From NCBI GenBank assembly GCA_045863855.1, contig BTVV01000009.1, forward strand, positions 30,398-94,397: a stretch of DNA of 64,000 bases, read 5' to 3'. Numbering within the stretch: the first letter of the stretch is position 1; every line of letters begins with the position of its first letter. Made by a program: the position numbers and the translations under genes. Under the pieces are notes generated by a model. It was not told where the DNA came from. It was given only the letters and a program-made list of their open reading frames with translations, and made no database searches. Source of the DNA: Planctomycetota bacterium. Lineage in GTDB: Bacteria; Planctomycetota; SZUA-567; H5-PLA8. Shown one piece after another: positions 10,825-20,621 of this stretch.

Positions 10825-13800
10825 ATGAGCGAAAACGAGACACCTAAAAAAGAAGACGCCGAGCCGGACGTGGTCCTGCCCTCCGAACAGTCGGAGGAGG
10901 AGCTGAAAACTCTGCTTCAGGAAGTGTGGCGCAATACGATCGCGCCGCACGAAATGAACAAAGTTCCGCTGAAGTCGGATCAGCTCAAGTCGGACGTGAC
11001 CATCGTGACGGCGCAAGCGTTGCCGCAAGGAGCCGTGGCGGCGACGGTGATGGGGAACGGCACCAGCAGCGTCCCGAAGGCGAATCCGCGAACGGTCTTC
11101 TCGCTGCCGGAGACGCAGACGGTCATCGGCTCGACCGGATCGCGGCTGGGCGTGACGGGCACCAAAACACAGATCGACGATCCCGGTGCGAAGGCCATCG
11201 AGACAGCCGCGACCCTGATGGGGCCGCAGGGCACCAAGTCCCCGAACAAGACGCCGACCCAGACGGCCCGGGGCACCGTAACCTCCCGCGGATCGGTGAC
11301 GGCGCGCGGTACGACGACGACGCGCAGCACCAGCGCCAAAGCCCTGCTCCAAGCGGCCAAGAAGCTGGCGTCGATCTCCGTTTCTCGCCTGATCGTGCAG
11401 GAAAAGAGCGTTGTCGATAAGCCCGTGGAAGCGCAGCCGCTGGATTTGGACCCGGAAGCCGGCGTAGCGGATTTCGAGATCGAGCGGGTGCTGGGTGAAG
11501 GCGGCATGGGCGTGGTGTACATCGCGCGGCAGACGGCCATCGACCGCGAAATCGCGCTCAAGATGATCAAGCCGAAGATGTCGCAGAACCCGGATATCCA
11601 GGCCGTCTTCCTGGCTGAAGCGGCAGTAACGGGCGACCTGGAACATCCGAACATCGTACCGATCTACGATCTGGGTGTGACGAGCGACGGAGTGCTGTTC
11701 TACGCGATGAAGCACGCGAAGGGCGTGCCGTGGAAGAATGTGCTCACCCAGCGCGCGCAGCAGGACAACATCGAGATTTTAATGAAGGTGGCCGACGCGG
11801 TGGCATTCGCGCACGCGAAGGGCATCATTCACCGCGATTTGAAGCCCGAAAATATCATGTTGGGCGAGTTCGGCGAAGTTCTGGTAATGGACTGGGGTCT
11901 GGCGGCCTGCGTGAAGGACGGCGGAAAAATCGGCCGGCTCACGCCGGACAACGCGGCGGGCGGCACGCCTGCGTACATGGCGCCCGAGATGGCCACGGGC
12001 AACGTGGAACTGATTGGCTACGTCAGCGACGTGTACCTGCTGGGCGCGATCCTGTACGAGATCGTTGCGGGCGTACGCCCGCACGCCGGCAAAGACATGA
12101 TGGATCTCCTGTTCAACATCGCGACGAACAAGATCCAGCGGACGGACAAGAAGGGCGAACTGATCGATATCGCCTTGAAGGCCATGGCCGCGAAGCCGGA
12201 GGACCGCTACCCCAACGTCAAGGCCTTCCAAGATGCGATCCGCTCGACGCAGAAGCACTTCGAAAGCATCGCGCTTTCGGATAGCAGCCAGGAGCGGCTG
12301 AATAAGGCGCTGAAAACAAAAGAGTACGAAGACTTCGCGCAGGCGCTCTTCGGTTTCGAAGAAGCGTTACAGATGTGGAAGTCGAACAAGGCCGCCAAAC
12401 AAGGCGCACTGGATACGCGGTTGTATTACGCGAAGGCGGCAGTGGAGAAGGAAGACCTGGACTTGGCGGCTTCGCTGATCGAGCCTGCGAAGGATAAGTT
12501 CGGGAGCTTCCTCAACGAGATTAAGTCCCGCATGCGCTCGCGAGATGCGCGGCGCTTCCGGCTGCGCGCGCTGACCTACGGTTCGGCGGGCCTGGCGGCG
12601 CTCTTCCTGGTGGGCGTGACGGTGGCGTACTTCCTGGTCTCCGACGAGCGCGACCGCGCGGAGGTGGCGCGGCAGAACGCAGAACTGGCCAAGAAAGCCG
12701 AAGAACAGCAACGCCAGGAAGCCGAGAATCAGCGTGCCGAAGCGGTGCGAAGCAAGGAACAGGCGGAAGATGCGCGCGTGCGCGCCGAGACGGCGCGCAA
12801 GGAAGCCGTTTCGCAGCGCGAGCGCGCGGAGAAGGCGCTCACCGATCTGGCCCAGGAGAAGAGCAAGGTAGAAGAAGCCTACTCCAAACTGGAGAAGCAG
12901 GCTCGAGAATTGATCGAAGCTCAGCAGGCCGAGTTGGAGGCGAAGAAAAAGACGGAACTGGCGGAACTTTTGAAGAGCGAGGCTCAGAAAAAGGCGGACG
13001 AAGCGCAGGCGGAAGCCGCACGCACGGGCATGCTGATCAAGGCCTCGGAAGACTGGATCTTCGACGGCGCCGATGCCCAGAAACGCCAAGCCGCAGCGGC
13101 GGCCAAACTTGGGAAGCCGGCGCAGATGGACCTGGACCTTCCCAAAGCCGCGAAGCTGCGCATGGTGCTGGTGCCCGAAGGCGTTTTCGTCATGGGCAGT
13201 CCCGCCAAGGAGTCTTCGCGCGCGGCAGAAGAGTACCTGCATCAGGTCATGCTGCCGCAGGCGTTTTGGCTGAGCGCGACGGAAGTAACCCGCGCGCAGT
13301 GGGAAGCGCTGACGGGTCAACCCGCGCCGGCCATGAGCGAAGGCGGGGATCTGCCGGACCTCCCGGTGGTGAACGTGAGCTACAATGACATCTCAAGTCT
13401 GCTGCTTCCGAAATTGCAGCCGCTCGCGCCGGAAGGCTACGTTTTCCGTCTGCCGACGGAAGCGGAGTGGGAGTGGGCGTGCCGCGCGGGAACCAATACC
13501 GCGTATGCCGTGGGCGACGACGAAGCGGCCCTGCGTGATGCGGCGTGGTTCCGGCTGAATAGCCGCGGCGCTCCGCACCCGGTGGCGCAACGCCGCGCCA
13601 ATCCGTGGGGTCTGTTCGATCTTCACGGAAATGTCTCGGAACTCTGTCACGACGCTTACGACCCGAATTACTACCTGACCGGAGCGAAAGAGGCTCCGAT
13701 GAACGTAGACAACGAGAAATTTAAAGTGGTGCGCGGCGGTTCGTGGGTGAACCTGCCGCAGCACTGCCGGTCGGCGTACCGCAGTTACGCGCACCCGGAC

Positions 13801-13866
13801 AATCGCTACGACCATTTGGGGCTGCGCGTTGCGCTGGCTCCGAAGGCCGCGAGCGGCGGACGCTAA
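10825..13866 (+). CDS. Membrane-anchored Hanks-type Ser/Thr protein kinase with coiled-coil stalk and C-terminal FGE-sulfatase (SUMF1/EgtB/PvdO-like) domain
   Basis: Kinase motifs GEGGMGVVY, IALK, HRDLKPEN, VMDWGLA and GTPAYMAPE. TM helix ALTYGSAGLAALFLVGVTVAYFLV. Long E/A/K/Q-rich coiled coil. FGE motifs FVMGS, RLPTEAEWEWACRAG, NPWGLFDLHGNVSE, RGGSW and GLRV. Confidence 0.93.
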   Translation: MSENETPKKEDAEPDVVLPSEQSEEELKTLLQEVWRNTIAPHEMNKVPLKSDQLKSDVTIVTAQALPQGAVAATVMGNGTSSVPKANPRTVFSLPETQTVIGSTGSRLGVTGTKTQIDDPGAKAIETAATLMGPQGTKSPNKTPTQTARGTVTSRGSVTARGTTTTRSTSAKALLQAAKKLASISVSRLIVQEKSVVDKPVEAQPLDLDPEAGVADFEIERVLGEGGMGVVYIARQTAIDREIALKMIKPKMSQNPDIQAVFLAEAAVTGDLEHPNIVPIYDLGVTSDGVLFYAMKHAKGVPWKNVLTQRAQQDNIEILMKVADAVAFAHAKGIIHRDLKPENIMLGEFGEVLVMDWGLAACVKDGGKIGRLTPDNAAGGTPAYMAPEMATGNVELIGYVSDVYLLGAILYEIVAGVRPHAGKDMMDLLFNIATNKIQRTDKKGELIDIALKAMAAKPEDRYPNVKAFQDAIRSTQKHFESIALSDSSQERLNKALKTKEYEDFAQALFGFEEALQMWKSNKAAKQGALDTRLYYAKAAVEKEDLDLAASLIEPAKDKFGSFLNEIKSRMRSRDARRFRLRALTYGSAGLAALFLVGVTVAYFLVSDERDRAEVARQNAELAKKAEEQQRQEAENQRAEAVRSKEQAEDARVRAETARKEAVSQRERAEKALTDLAQEKSKVEEAYSKLEKQARELIEAQQAELEAKKKTELAELLKSEAQKKADEAQAEAARTGMLIKASEDWIFDGADAQKRQAAAAAKLGKPAQMDLDLPKAAKLRMVLVPEGVFVMGSPAKESSRAAEEYLHQVMLPQAFWLSATEVTRAQWEALTGQPAPAMSEGGDLPDLPVVNVSYNDISSLLLPKLQPLAPEGYVFRLPTEAEWEWACRAGTNTAYAVGDDEAALRDAAWFRLNSRGAPHPVAQRRANPWGLFDLHGNVSELCHDAYDPNYYLTGAKEAPMNVDNEKFKVVRGGSWVNLPQHCRSAYRSYAHPDNRYDHLGLRVALAPKAASGGR

Positions 13867-13992
13867 GCGGTAAAGGACCGACCGATAAGGCTTTGCCAGG
13901 TCATGGACCGCCGTAGTACGGCTGGGAAAAGCGCCGGGAAACCGGGCGCATGGAGCGTTGTTTTCCGCATGGGCAGCCTCGTGCCTAATCGC

Positions 13993-15732
13993 ATGCACGT
14001 CGTCGCGTGGCTGCTGGCCCTCGGCCTGAGCGGGCTGAGCGTCGCGCACGGCGTGGAGGACGAGCGGCGCAAGCCCAAAGAGCCCGAGAAGCCCGCTGCT
14101 CCGGACGTGGAAATCAAAAAGCCGGAACCCGAACAGACCGAAGCCGAGAAGAATAAGGACGCCGAGAAGACCCTCGTCGAAGCGCTGATCGGGCTTCGTC
14201 TCGTGGGCCGCACCGAAGACGTGATTCCCAAAGACGCGAAAGTTTCGGGCATCGATACCTCCAGCGTGCCGATGCTGGAGTCCGATGAGTTGCACGAAAA
14301 GCTTTCGGAATTTGTGGGCAAGCCGATCTCGCTGAAGGCGATTCGCGGCATGGCGAGGGAAGTGATTCTCCATTGCCGGGCGCACGACCGGCCCTTCGTC
14401 AATATCTCGGTCCCCGAACAGGACATCACGGGCGGCGTGGTGCAGCTCCTGGTGGTGGAAGCGAAGGTGGGCGAAGTGCGCGTGGAAGGGAACCGCTTCT
14501 GGCGCACTGCCCAATACCGCAATGGAGTCACCCTTCAGCCCGGCGATTCGGTGAGCGAGCAGAAGCTGATCGAGGAGTTGAACTATTTCAACGAAAACGC
14601 CTTCCGCCAGGTAAAGCCGATCTTCAAGCCGGGCAAAGAGCCGAATACGACGGATTTGGTCCTAAAAGCCGAGGAGCGCTTTCCGGTGCGCTTCTACGGA
14701 GGCTACGAAGATACGGGAACGCAGAGCACCGGCTTGGATCGAATGCTGGTTGGATTCAACTGGGGCAATGCGTTCATGCACGGCCACGAGATCGGATACC
14801 AGTTCGCGGCGGACATCGACGTGGAGCGGCTCCTGAGCCACAGCGGGTACTGGCGCATTCCGCTTCCGAATAAGCACTCGCTGGCGTTTTCGGGCGGCTA
14901 TTCGACCATTCAGGCGCCCCTCAATGCGGACATCGATAACGGCGGGTTCAACTGGCAGGCCAGTATGCGCTACATCGCGCCGTTGCCCAAACTGGGGCGC
15001 TACCGGCATGAAGTGCAGATTGGATTCGATTTCAAGCAGACGAACAACAATCTGGACTTCGGCGGTGAAGCGATCTTCGATTCGACCATCGATATCGCGC
15101 AGTTCGCGCTTCAGTACAGTGGAAGCTATCCGGATGCTTGGGGCCGCACGAGTTTTTCGGTGGGCGGCTACGCGAGCCCCGGGCACTTGACGAGCCGGAA
15201 CACATCGCACGAGTATAACGTCGCGCGGCCAGGCACCGATCCTCAGTACGCATACGGCGAGTTGAGTTTCGAACGAGCGTGGCGATTGCCGAAAGAAATC
15301 CTCCTGGTGCAGCGCTTTCATGGGCAACTGGCGACGGGACGCATGCAGAGTACGGAACAGTATTTGGCAGGCGGATACAACTCGGTGCGTGGATACGACG
15401 ATCGCTTGGTCTCCGGCGATCAGGGCTTCGTGGCAAACGTGGAACTGCGCTCGCCGAATTTTCTCCTGGGTACCGTGAACGGAGATCCGCAGTACGAGAA
15501 CCGCCTGCAGTTCATTGCCTTTTACGATTTTGGCCGCGTGCATAACCACGGGCGTTTGATTGGCGAAGCGAAGCGGACGGATCTGGAAAGCGTCGGCGCG
15601 GGTTTGCGTTACCGCCTCGGCAACCACGTGAACGTTCGGTTCGATTACGGCCGGCAACTCAGGCGGATCGACGGCAATACCGAAGGCGGCGACCACGGAC
15701 GCGTGCACTTGGGCGTGGTAGTCAGCTATTGA
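13993..15732 (+). CDS. TpsB / ShlB-FhaC-HecB family outer-membrane secretion protein (POTRA + Omp85 beta-barrel)
   Basis: Signal peptide MHVVAWLLALGLSGLSVAHG (start could be upstream at 13903, 13969 or 13981). POTRA-like VPEQDITGGVVQLLVVEAKVGEVRVEGNR. Conserved loop-6 motif GGYNSVRGY, FYDFG, and a C-terminal aromatic residue. Confidence 0.92.
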   Translation: MHVVAWLLALGLSGLSVAHGVEDERRKPKEPEKPAAPDVEIKKPEPEQTEAEKNKDAEKTLVEALIGLRLVGRTEDVIPKDAKVSGIDTSSVPMLESDELHEKLSEFVGKPISLKAIRGMAREVILHCRAHDRPFVNISVPEQDITGGVVQLLVVEAKVGEVRVEGNRFWRTAQYRNGVTLQPGDSVSEQKLIEELNYFNENAFRQVKPIFKPGKEPNTTDLVLKAEERFPVRFYGGYEDTGTQSTGLDRMLVGFNWGNAFMHGHEIGYQFAADIDVERLLSHSGYWRIPLPNKHSLAFSGGYSTIQAPLNADIDNGGFNWQASMRYIAPLPKLGRYRHEVQIGFDFKQTNNNLDFGGEAIFDSTIDIAQFALQYSGSYPDAWGRTSFSVGGYASPGHLTSRNTSHEYNVARPGTDPQYAYGELSFERAWRLPKEILLVQRFHGQLATGRMQSTEQYLAGGYNSVRGYDDRLVSGDQGFVANVELRSPNFLLGTVNGDPQYENRLQFIAFYDFGRVHNHGRLIGEAKRTDLESVGAGLRYRLGNHVNVRFDYGRQLRRIDGNTEGGDHGRVHLGVVVSY

Positions 15733-15823
15733 TTCCGTTGACGGCCTTGAATTTCGGTCGCTTTCGAAAGAGACTGTAAAGAGGTTTGGCCGCGCGTCAC
15801 GCAAGGCGTCAGGAGTTGGTTTC

Positions 15824-17479
15824 ATGACGTCCCCACCTGCCGGCTCTAATGACATCGCAGGCAAGACGCTGAAGCCGGGCATGGCCACCATTCGCGTGCT
15901 GGCTGAGATCCAACTGGAGCGCGGCCAGCCGCTTTCGGCGGACGACTTACAAGCCATCCCCATTTTCGAAGGAATTCCGCTGGCGCAGCTTGCTCGGCTG
16001 CCGGGCTCGGTGGTGCGGCGGCAATTCAAAGCGGGCGAAGTAATCTGCCGCGAAGGCGAGTACGGGTCGACCGCGTTTTACATGCTAGACGGCCAAGTGG
16101 AGGTCTCGCTGCAGTCGCCGCTGGCGCACGTGGCGAGCCGGAAGGCGGAAACCAAGCGCGGCGGATTCTTCGGCCTGCTTCGGGATTTTACGCACCGGCT
16201 GGCCAGCGGGAAGGAAGACCCGCGGCCCCACGCGGCGAACGAGCAGCGTTATATTCCCATCGACGGATCGGTCGACCTGCCCATGAACAAGCCCATCGCG
16301 ACGATGGCCGCGGGCGACCTGTTCGGCGAGATGACGTGCCTCAATTTCAATCCGCGTTCGGCGACGGTCAAGGCATTGAGCGATTGCACGACGCTGGAGA
16401 TGCTGCGCAATGTCCTGCAGGTGTTGCAGAAGAACCCCAAGTTCAAGCAGAGGCTGGAACGCAACTACCGGGATCGCGCACTGGGCCAGCATTTGCGTAG
16501 CGTCCCGATTCTGGCGGGTCTTGAAGACAAGTTCATTGACCAGTTGCGCGAGCGCGTGGAGTTGGTCTCGTACGAGCCGGGCAAGGTGATCTGCAAGCAG
16601 GATGAGCCGGCCGATGCGTTCTACCTGATTCGAGTCGGCTGCGTGAAGGTAAGCCAGGAGCATCCCGGCGGTGAACTGGTGCTGGCGTACTTGAGCCGCG
16701 GCGAATTCTTCGGAGAGATGGGACTGTTGCAGGGCGGAAAGCGCAACGCGACGGTCTCCGCGCTGGACCACGTGGAGCTGGTCCGCATCCGTATGGCAGA
16801 CTTTCGATTTATGCTGAGCTGGTACGACGACCTAAAGGAGAAGTTCGAGCAGGTGTACGAACAGCGCTCGAAGTCGATGCAGCGCGCGCAGCAGGTGGCC
16901 TCCCGTATTCCGCTGAACGATTTTCTCTCGCAAGGCCTGATGCAGGCGCAGAGTCTGCTCCTGCTGGACTTGGAACGCTGCACGCGCTGCGACGAATGCG
17001 TGCGCGCATGCGCGGACAGCCACGACGGCGTTACGCGGCTGGTGCGGGAGGGCCTGCGCTTCGATAAGTTTCTGGTCGCGACCTCGTGCCGAAGCTGCCT
17101 CGACCCCGTTTGCATGATTGGCTGCCCGGTAGGTAGCATCCGCCGCAAGGAAAACCTGGAAGTGGTGATCGAAGATTGGTGCATCGGCTGCGAGAAGTGC
17201 GTGCAGCAGTGCCCCTATGGAAATATCGCCATCCATGAGTTTCCGGCCAAGGCCGGGGCCGCGCCGGAGGGTGGGGCGCAGGACGAGAGTGCCGAAGCGC
17301 CGGCGGCAGAGGTAAAGAAAGCCGCCATGGAAAAGAAGGCGGTGACGTGCGATCTGTGCACCGACCTTCGCGAGCCCAGTTGCGTGTATGCGTGTCCGCA
17401 CGACGCCGCGCATCGCGTGGACGCCAAGCGCTTCTTCGAAACGGGCTTGGCGAAGAAATCCAAAGTTTCGCCGCCTTGA
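15824..17479 (+). CDS. Tandem cyclic-nucleotide-binding domains fused to a multi-[4Fe-4S] ferredoxin (DmsB/NrfC-like) domain
   Basis: Two cNMP signatures (GDLFGEM...RSATV; GEFFGEMGLL...RNATV) and four Cys clusters: CTRCDECVRAC, CRSCLDPVCMIGCP, CIGCEKCVQQCP and CDLC...CVYACP. Confidence 0.88.
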   Translation: MTSPPAGSNDIAGKTLKPGMATIRVLAEIQLERGQPLSADDLQAIPIFEGIPLAQLARLPGSVVRRQFKAGEVICREGEYGSTAFYMLDGQVEVSLQSPLAHVASRKAETKRGGFFGLLRDFTHRLASGKEDPRPHAANEQRYIPIDGSVDLPMNKPIATMAAGDLFGEMTCLNFNPRSATVKALSDCTTLEMLRNVLQVLQKNPKFKQRLERNYRDRALGQHLRSVPILAGLEDKFIDQLRERVELVSYEPGKVICKQDEPADAFYLIRVGCVKVSQEHPGGELVLAYLSRGEFFGEMGLLQGGKRNATVSALDHVELVRIRMADFRFMLSWYDDLKEKFEQVYEQRSKSMQRAQQVASRIPLNDFLSQGLMQAQSLLLLDLERCTRCDECVRACADSHDGVTRLVREGLRFDKFLVATSCRSCLDPVCMIGCPVGSIRRKENLEVVIEDWCIGCEKCVQQCPYGNIAIHEFPAKAGAAPEGGAQDESAEAPAAEVKKAAMEKKAVTCDLCTDLREPSCVYACPHDAAHRVDAKRFFETGLAKKSKVSPP

Positions 17480-17517
17480 CCGTACCCGCCGCGCGGATAA
17501 GGACGAGCCGGTCCGCA

Positions 17518-18696
17518 TCAAGCTCTACGTAACGCTTCGACGACCTTAAGCCGCGACGCATGGAGAGCCGGCAAGAAGCCTCCGATAAATCCCATCGCCA
17601 GCGCCAGGAAGGACGCGATCAGCAAGATGTTGGGCGTGACCGTAAACTCGAAAGCGGTCTCGCTGAAGGTGGCCCAATTGGTCGTACCGGTTTTCATGCC
17701 GTCGAAAATCATGCTCGCCGCGCAGCCGATGACCGCCCCGATGCTCGCCAAGCACAGCGACTCGACGATAAAAGCCACCCACAAGGACTCGGGCGAAAAT
17801 CCCATACTCAGCATGCAGCCGATCTCGCGCTTCCGCTGAGCTACGGCCGCGTACATCGTGTTCATCGCGCCGACCACGCCGCCGATGGCCATGATGAACG
17901 TAAGAATGCCGCCCAAGATCGTGATCACGCTGGCCATCAGCTCCGACTGCTTGCGGTAATACTCTTTTTCGTTCAACGCCTGCACCGATTGCAGCCGCGG
18001 ATCGTCCGCGATCGTCTGTTCCAAAGTGTTGCGGGCCGCTTCGGGGTCCCCATTGGCGCGGAAGATTGCGGACTGGTACACGTCCTTGCGGTTGAAGGTG
18101 CTGACGAAGATCGTCCCGTCCATCCATATTTCGCTCTCGAAGGAGTTCCCGTCCGCTTCGAAGATGCCCACGATCTCGAAGCGGTGCCGTCCGGAGACAA
18201 ACTCGCCGCCGATGCCGAAGCCTTCCAGACGGCGAGCCAGCGCCGCACCCACGACCACCTGATTGGTGCCCCAGGCGATCCAGCGCCCTTCGCGCATTCT
18301 GACTTCCTCGTGGACATCCAAAGATCGTGGCGATGCGCCGCGCAGGTTGATGTAGCTGTCCCCGCTGCCGTCTTTGCGCGGAAGATTGATCAGCGTCAGG
18401 CATTCCAGACTGAAAACTTTCGCGCCATCTGGGCCAGTGGCCACGATTGGCATTTCCTCGATGATGCGGGCGACTTCGCGCCGTACCTGGCTCTGCATTT
18501 CCGCGTCGGCCCCTTTGCGCAGCACGATTACATTCCGGGGACTCCCCGATGTCGCCACCGCGCGCCGGAAACCCTCGGCAAGCGCCAAGAGCACCACGAA
18601 CACCACCACGACCAGTGCGATCCCGAATACCGCCATGGCCGATGAGCCTTTGCGAATGGCGATGCTGCGGTAGCTGTACGTAAGCGGGATCGCCAT
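17518..18696 (-). CDS. ABC transporter permease (MacB/FtsX family)
   Basis: N-terminal TM helix, periplasmic domain, MNTMYAAVAQRKREIG motif and C-terminal TM helices ending PALHASRL...ALR. Confidence 0.9.
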   Translation of the reverse strand: MAIPLTYSYRSIAIRKGSSAMAVFGIALVVVVFVVLLALAEGFRRAVATSGSPRNVIVLRKGADAEMQSQVRREVARIIEEMPIVATGPDGAKVFSLECLTLINLPRKDGSGDSYINLRGASPRSLDVHEEVRMREGRWIAWGTNQVVVGAALARRLEGFGIGGEFVSGRHRFEIVGIFEADGNSFESEIWMDGTIFVSTFNRKDVYQSAIFRANGDPEAARNTLEQTIADDPRLQSVQALNEKEYYRKQSELMASVITILGGILTFIMAIGGVVGAMNTMYAAVAQRKREIGCMLSMGFSPESLWVAFIVESLCLASIGAVIGCAASMIFDGMKTGTTNWATFSETAFEFTVTPNILLIASFLALAMGFIGGFLPALHASRLKVVEALRRA

Positions 18697-18698
18697 GG

Positions 18699-19871
18699 CT
18701 AAACGCTGCGCAGCGCCTCCGTGGCTTTCATGCGCATGCCCACCACCGCGGGCACGATGCCGCTCAGCACGCCGGTCAGGACCGCGATGCCCAGCGCACC
18801 CAGCAGTGAAGCCGGCGGCATGTGGAAAATCGGAAAGAAGTCCGGCTTGGGATTCACTTCGGCCACATTGAACATCCCGAAGGCTCCGCCCGCGCCTAGG
18901 ACAAAGCCCAGTCCGGCAATCACCATGGATTCGCCGATCAGCAGGCGGAATACGAAGCCGTCCGTAAATCCGATCGACTTTAGGATGCCCATCTCGCGTG
19001 TCTGATCGCGCGCGCTCATCATCATCGTGTTGGCAGCCACCAGCAGCATGGTAAGCACGATCGCCGACCCGATGGAGCGCAGCAATAGTTGCAGATTGCC
19101 CATCATCGCGACGAACTGCATGTTGAACGCTTTCTCGGTCACGGTCTTTGTCTCGAACGGGCTGTTCGCAAAGCGGCGGTCGATGGAAGTCGCGATGTCC
19201 TGAAATCGTGCCGGATCGTCCATGCTCATCAGGAAAATTCCGACTTGTCCTTTGCCGAACTCGCGGCCTTCGTCGAAGTACTTGTAATGGAAGAGCATCA
19301 TGGTTCGATCGAAGGTCGGGCTGTTCGAGGTGTAGATGGCGCGTACGTTAAAAGCCCAGGGCTTGTTTCCGGGCTGGTTCCAGATGGTGCTGCGCAGGAC
19401 GATCCGGTCGCCTACCTTGATGTGCAGCCGCTCGGCCGTCTTGTCGCCTACGACGCAGCCGGCTTGATCGTTGAGCAGCGCTCGAAGCTCGTCCTGATCC
19501 GCAATGATGACTTCCGGCACGATATCCAGGTAGTCCTTCAATTCGACCGCGAACTGGGCGAAGAATTCCTCCCGCGCGTCCTCTTGCGTATCTTTTGGCG
19601 TATAAAGTCCGCCGAACCAGACCATCGGCGCGACGCCGCTCACGCCCTCGCATTGCTCGATATTGCTGCGGTAGGCGATCGGGATCGTAAATGCCAGCGA
19701 TTCCTTGTGCTGTACCACCAAACGAGAGGCGCTGGACATCGAGACGCCCACGTTGAAGGCGTATAGCACCGACTCCAGAAAACAGTACAAAAACAGCGCG
19801 AGCGCGATGCTGACCACGGTAAGCAAGGTTCGCAGCGGTTTGCGGAGCAGGGATTTGAGCAGAAGATTCAT
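18699..19871 (-). CDS. ABC transporter permease (MacB/FtsX family)
   Basis: RKPLRTLLT N-terminus, ANTMMMSARDQTREMGILKSIGF motif and three C-terminal TM helices. Confidence 0.9.
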   Translation of the reverse strand: MNLLLKSLLRKPLRTLLTVVSIALALFLYCFLESVLYAFNVGVSMSSASRLVVQHKESLAFTIPIAYRSNIEQCEGVSGVAPMVWFGGLYTPKDTQEDAREEFFAQFAVELKDYLDIVPEVIIADQDELRALLNDQAGCVVGDKTAERLHIKVGDRIVLRSTIWNQPGNKPWAFNVRAIYTSNSPTFDRTMMLFHYKYFDEGREFGKGQVGIFLMSMDDPARFQDIATSIDRRFANSPFETKTVTEKAFNMQFVAMMGNLQLLLRSIGSAIVLTMLLVAANTMMMSARDQTREMGILKSIGFTDGFVFRLLIGESMVIAGLGFVLGAGGAFGMFNVAEVNPKPDFFPIFHMPPASLLGALGIAVLTGVLSGIVPAVVGMRMKATEALRSV

Positions 19872-19887
19872 GCGAATGGGCCGGCTC

Positions 19888-20589
19888 TCATGCCTTTGGC
19901 GCCGTCGCGGAGTCCAGGGCCAGTACCCCTTTCTCCAAGTGCAACTGCCGCCGCGCGCATTGCGAAACCTTGGGATCGTGGGTCACCACGATGATCGTTT
20001 TTCCGTGATCGCGGTTTAAGGAGAGGAGCAGATCCATCACCTCCTGCGCCGAATGAGCATCCAGATCCCCGGTGGGTTCGTCGGCAAGCAGCAATTCCGG
20101 GTCGCACGCCAACGCCCGGGCGATGGCCACGCGCTGTTCCTGCCCGCCGGAAAGCTCGTCGGGCCGGTGATGCATGCGCTCGGCCAAACCGACGATCCGT
20201 AGTGCCGTTTCCACGTGCTTTTTGCGCTCGGCTTTCGTCAGCGGCAACAGCGTCAGCGGAAGTTCCACATTCTGGAAGGCCGTCAGTACCGGCAGCAGAT
20301 TGAAGGATTGAAAGATGTACGAGACATGCCGCGAGCGCCATTGCGCCAGTTGGCGCGGCGAAAGTTCTCCCAAATCCTGCCCGCACACGATCAGGGTGCC
20401 GTCCGAAGGGCTGTCGAGGCCCCCAATCAGATTGAGGAGCGTCGTTTTTCCCGATCCCGACGGCCCCATCAAGGCGACGAAGTCGCCTTCCGCGATATCG
20501 AGGCTGACGCGATCCAGCGGCAGAATCAGTTCGCCGCCCTTGCGGTAGAAGCGCGTGCACTCGCGAAGCTGGATGATGGGATTGGGCAT
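19888..20589 (-). CDS. ABC transporter ATP-binding protein (LolD/MacB-like)
   Basis: Walker A GPSGSGKT, signature [15 protein letters not shown], Walker [13 protein letters not shown] and VTHD. The ATG at 20589 was preferred over the TTG at 20610. Confidence 0.93.
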   Translation of the reverse strand: MPNPIIQLRECTRFYRKGGELILPLDRVSLDIAEGDFVALMGPSGSGKTTLLNLIGGLDSPSDGTLIVCGQDLGELSPRQLAQWRSRHVSYIFQSFNLLPVLTAFQNVELPLTLLPLTKAERKKHVETALRIVGLAERMHHRPDELSGGQEQRVAIARALACDPELLLADEPTGDLDAHSAQEVMDLLLSLNRDHGKTIIVVTHDPKVSQCARRQLHLEKGVLALDSATAPKA

Positions 20590-20621
20590 GGGCTGTGCCT
20601 GGTGGTCCAAAGCTGCGTTGG

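Noticed and set aside
6004..11715. Long antisense ORFs (885, 614 and 935 aa) opposite tpsA and the kinase
   Set aside because: Shadow ORFs expected from high-GC codon bias. They have R/A/V/P-rich composition with no motifs and fully overlap well-supported genes.
1..13866. Contact-dependent inhibition (CdiA/CdiI) toxin system
   Set aside because: No VENN or pre-toxin motif and no recognisable toxin domain at the TpsA C-terminus. The next gene is a 1013-aa kinase, not a small immunity gene.
13150..13866. Diversity-generating retroelement target (FGE/CLec-fold C-terminus)
   Set aside because: No reverse transcriptase gene and no second, adenine-variant copy (template repeat) of the 3' end was seen in the window.
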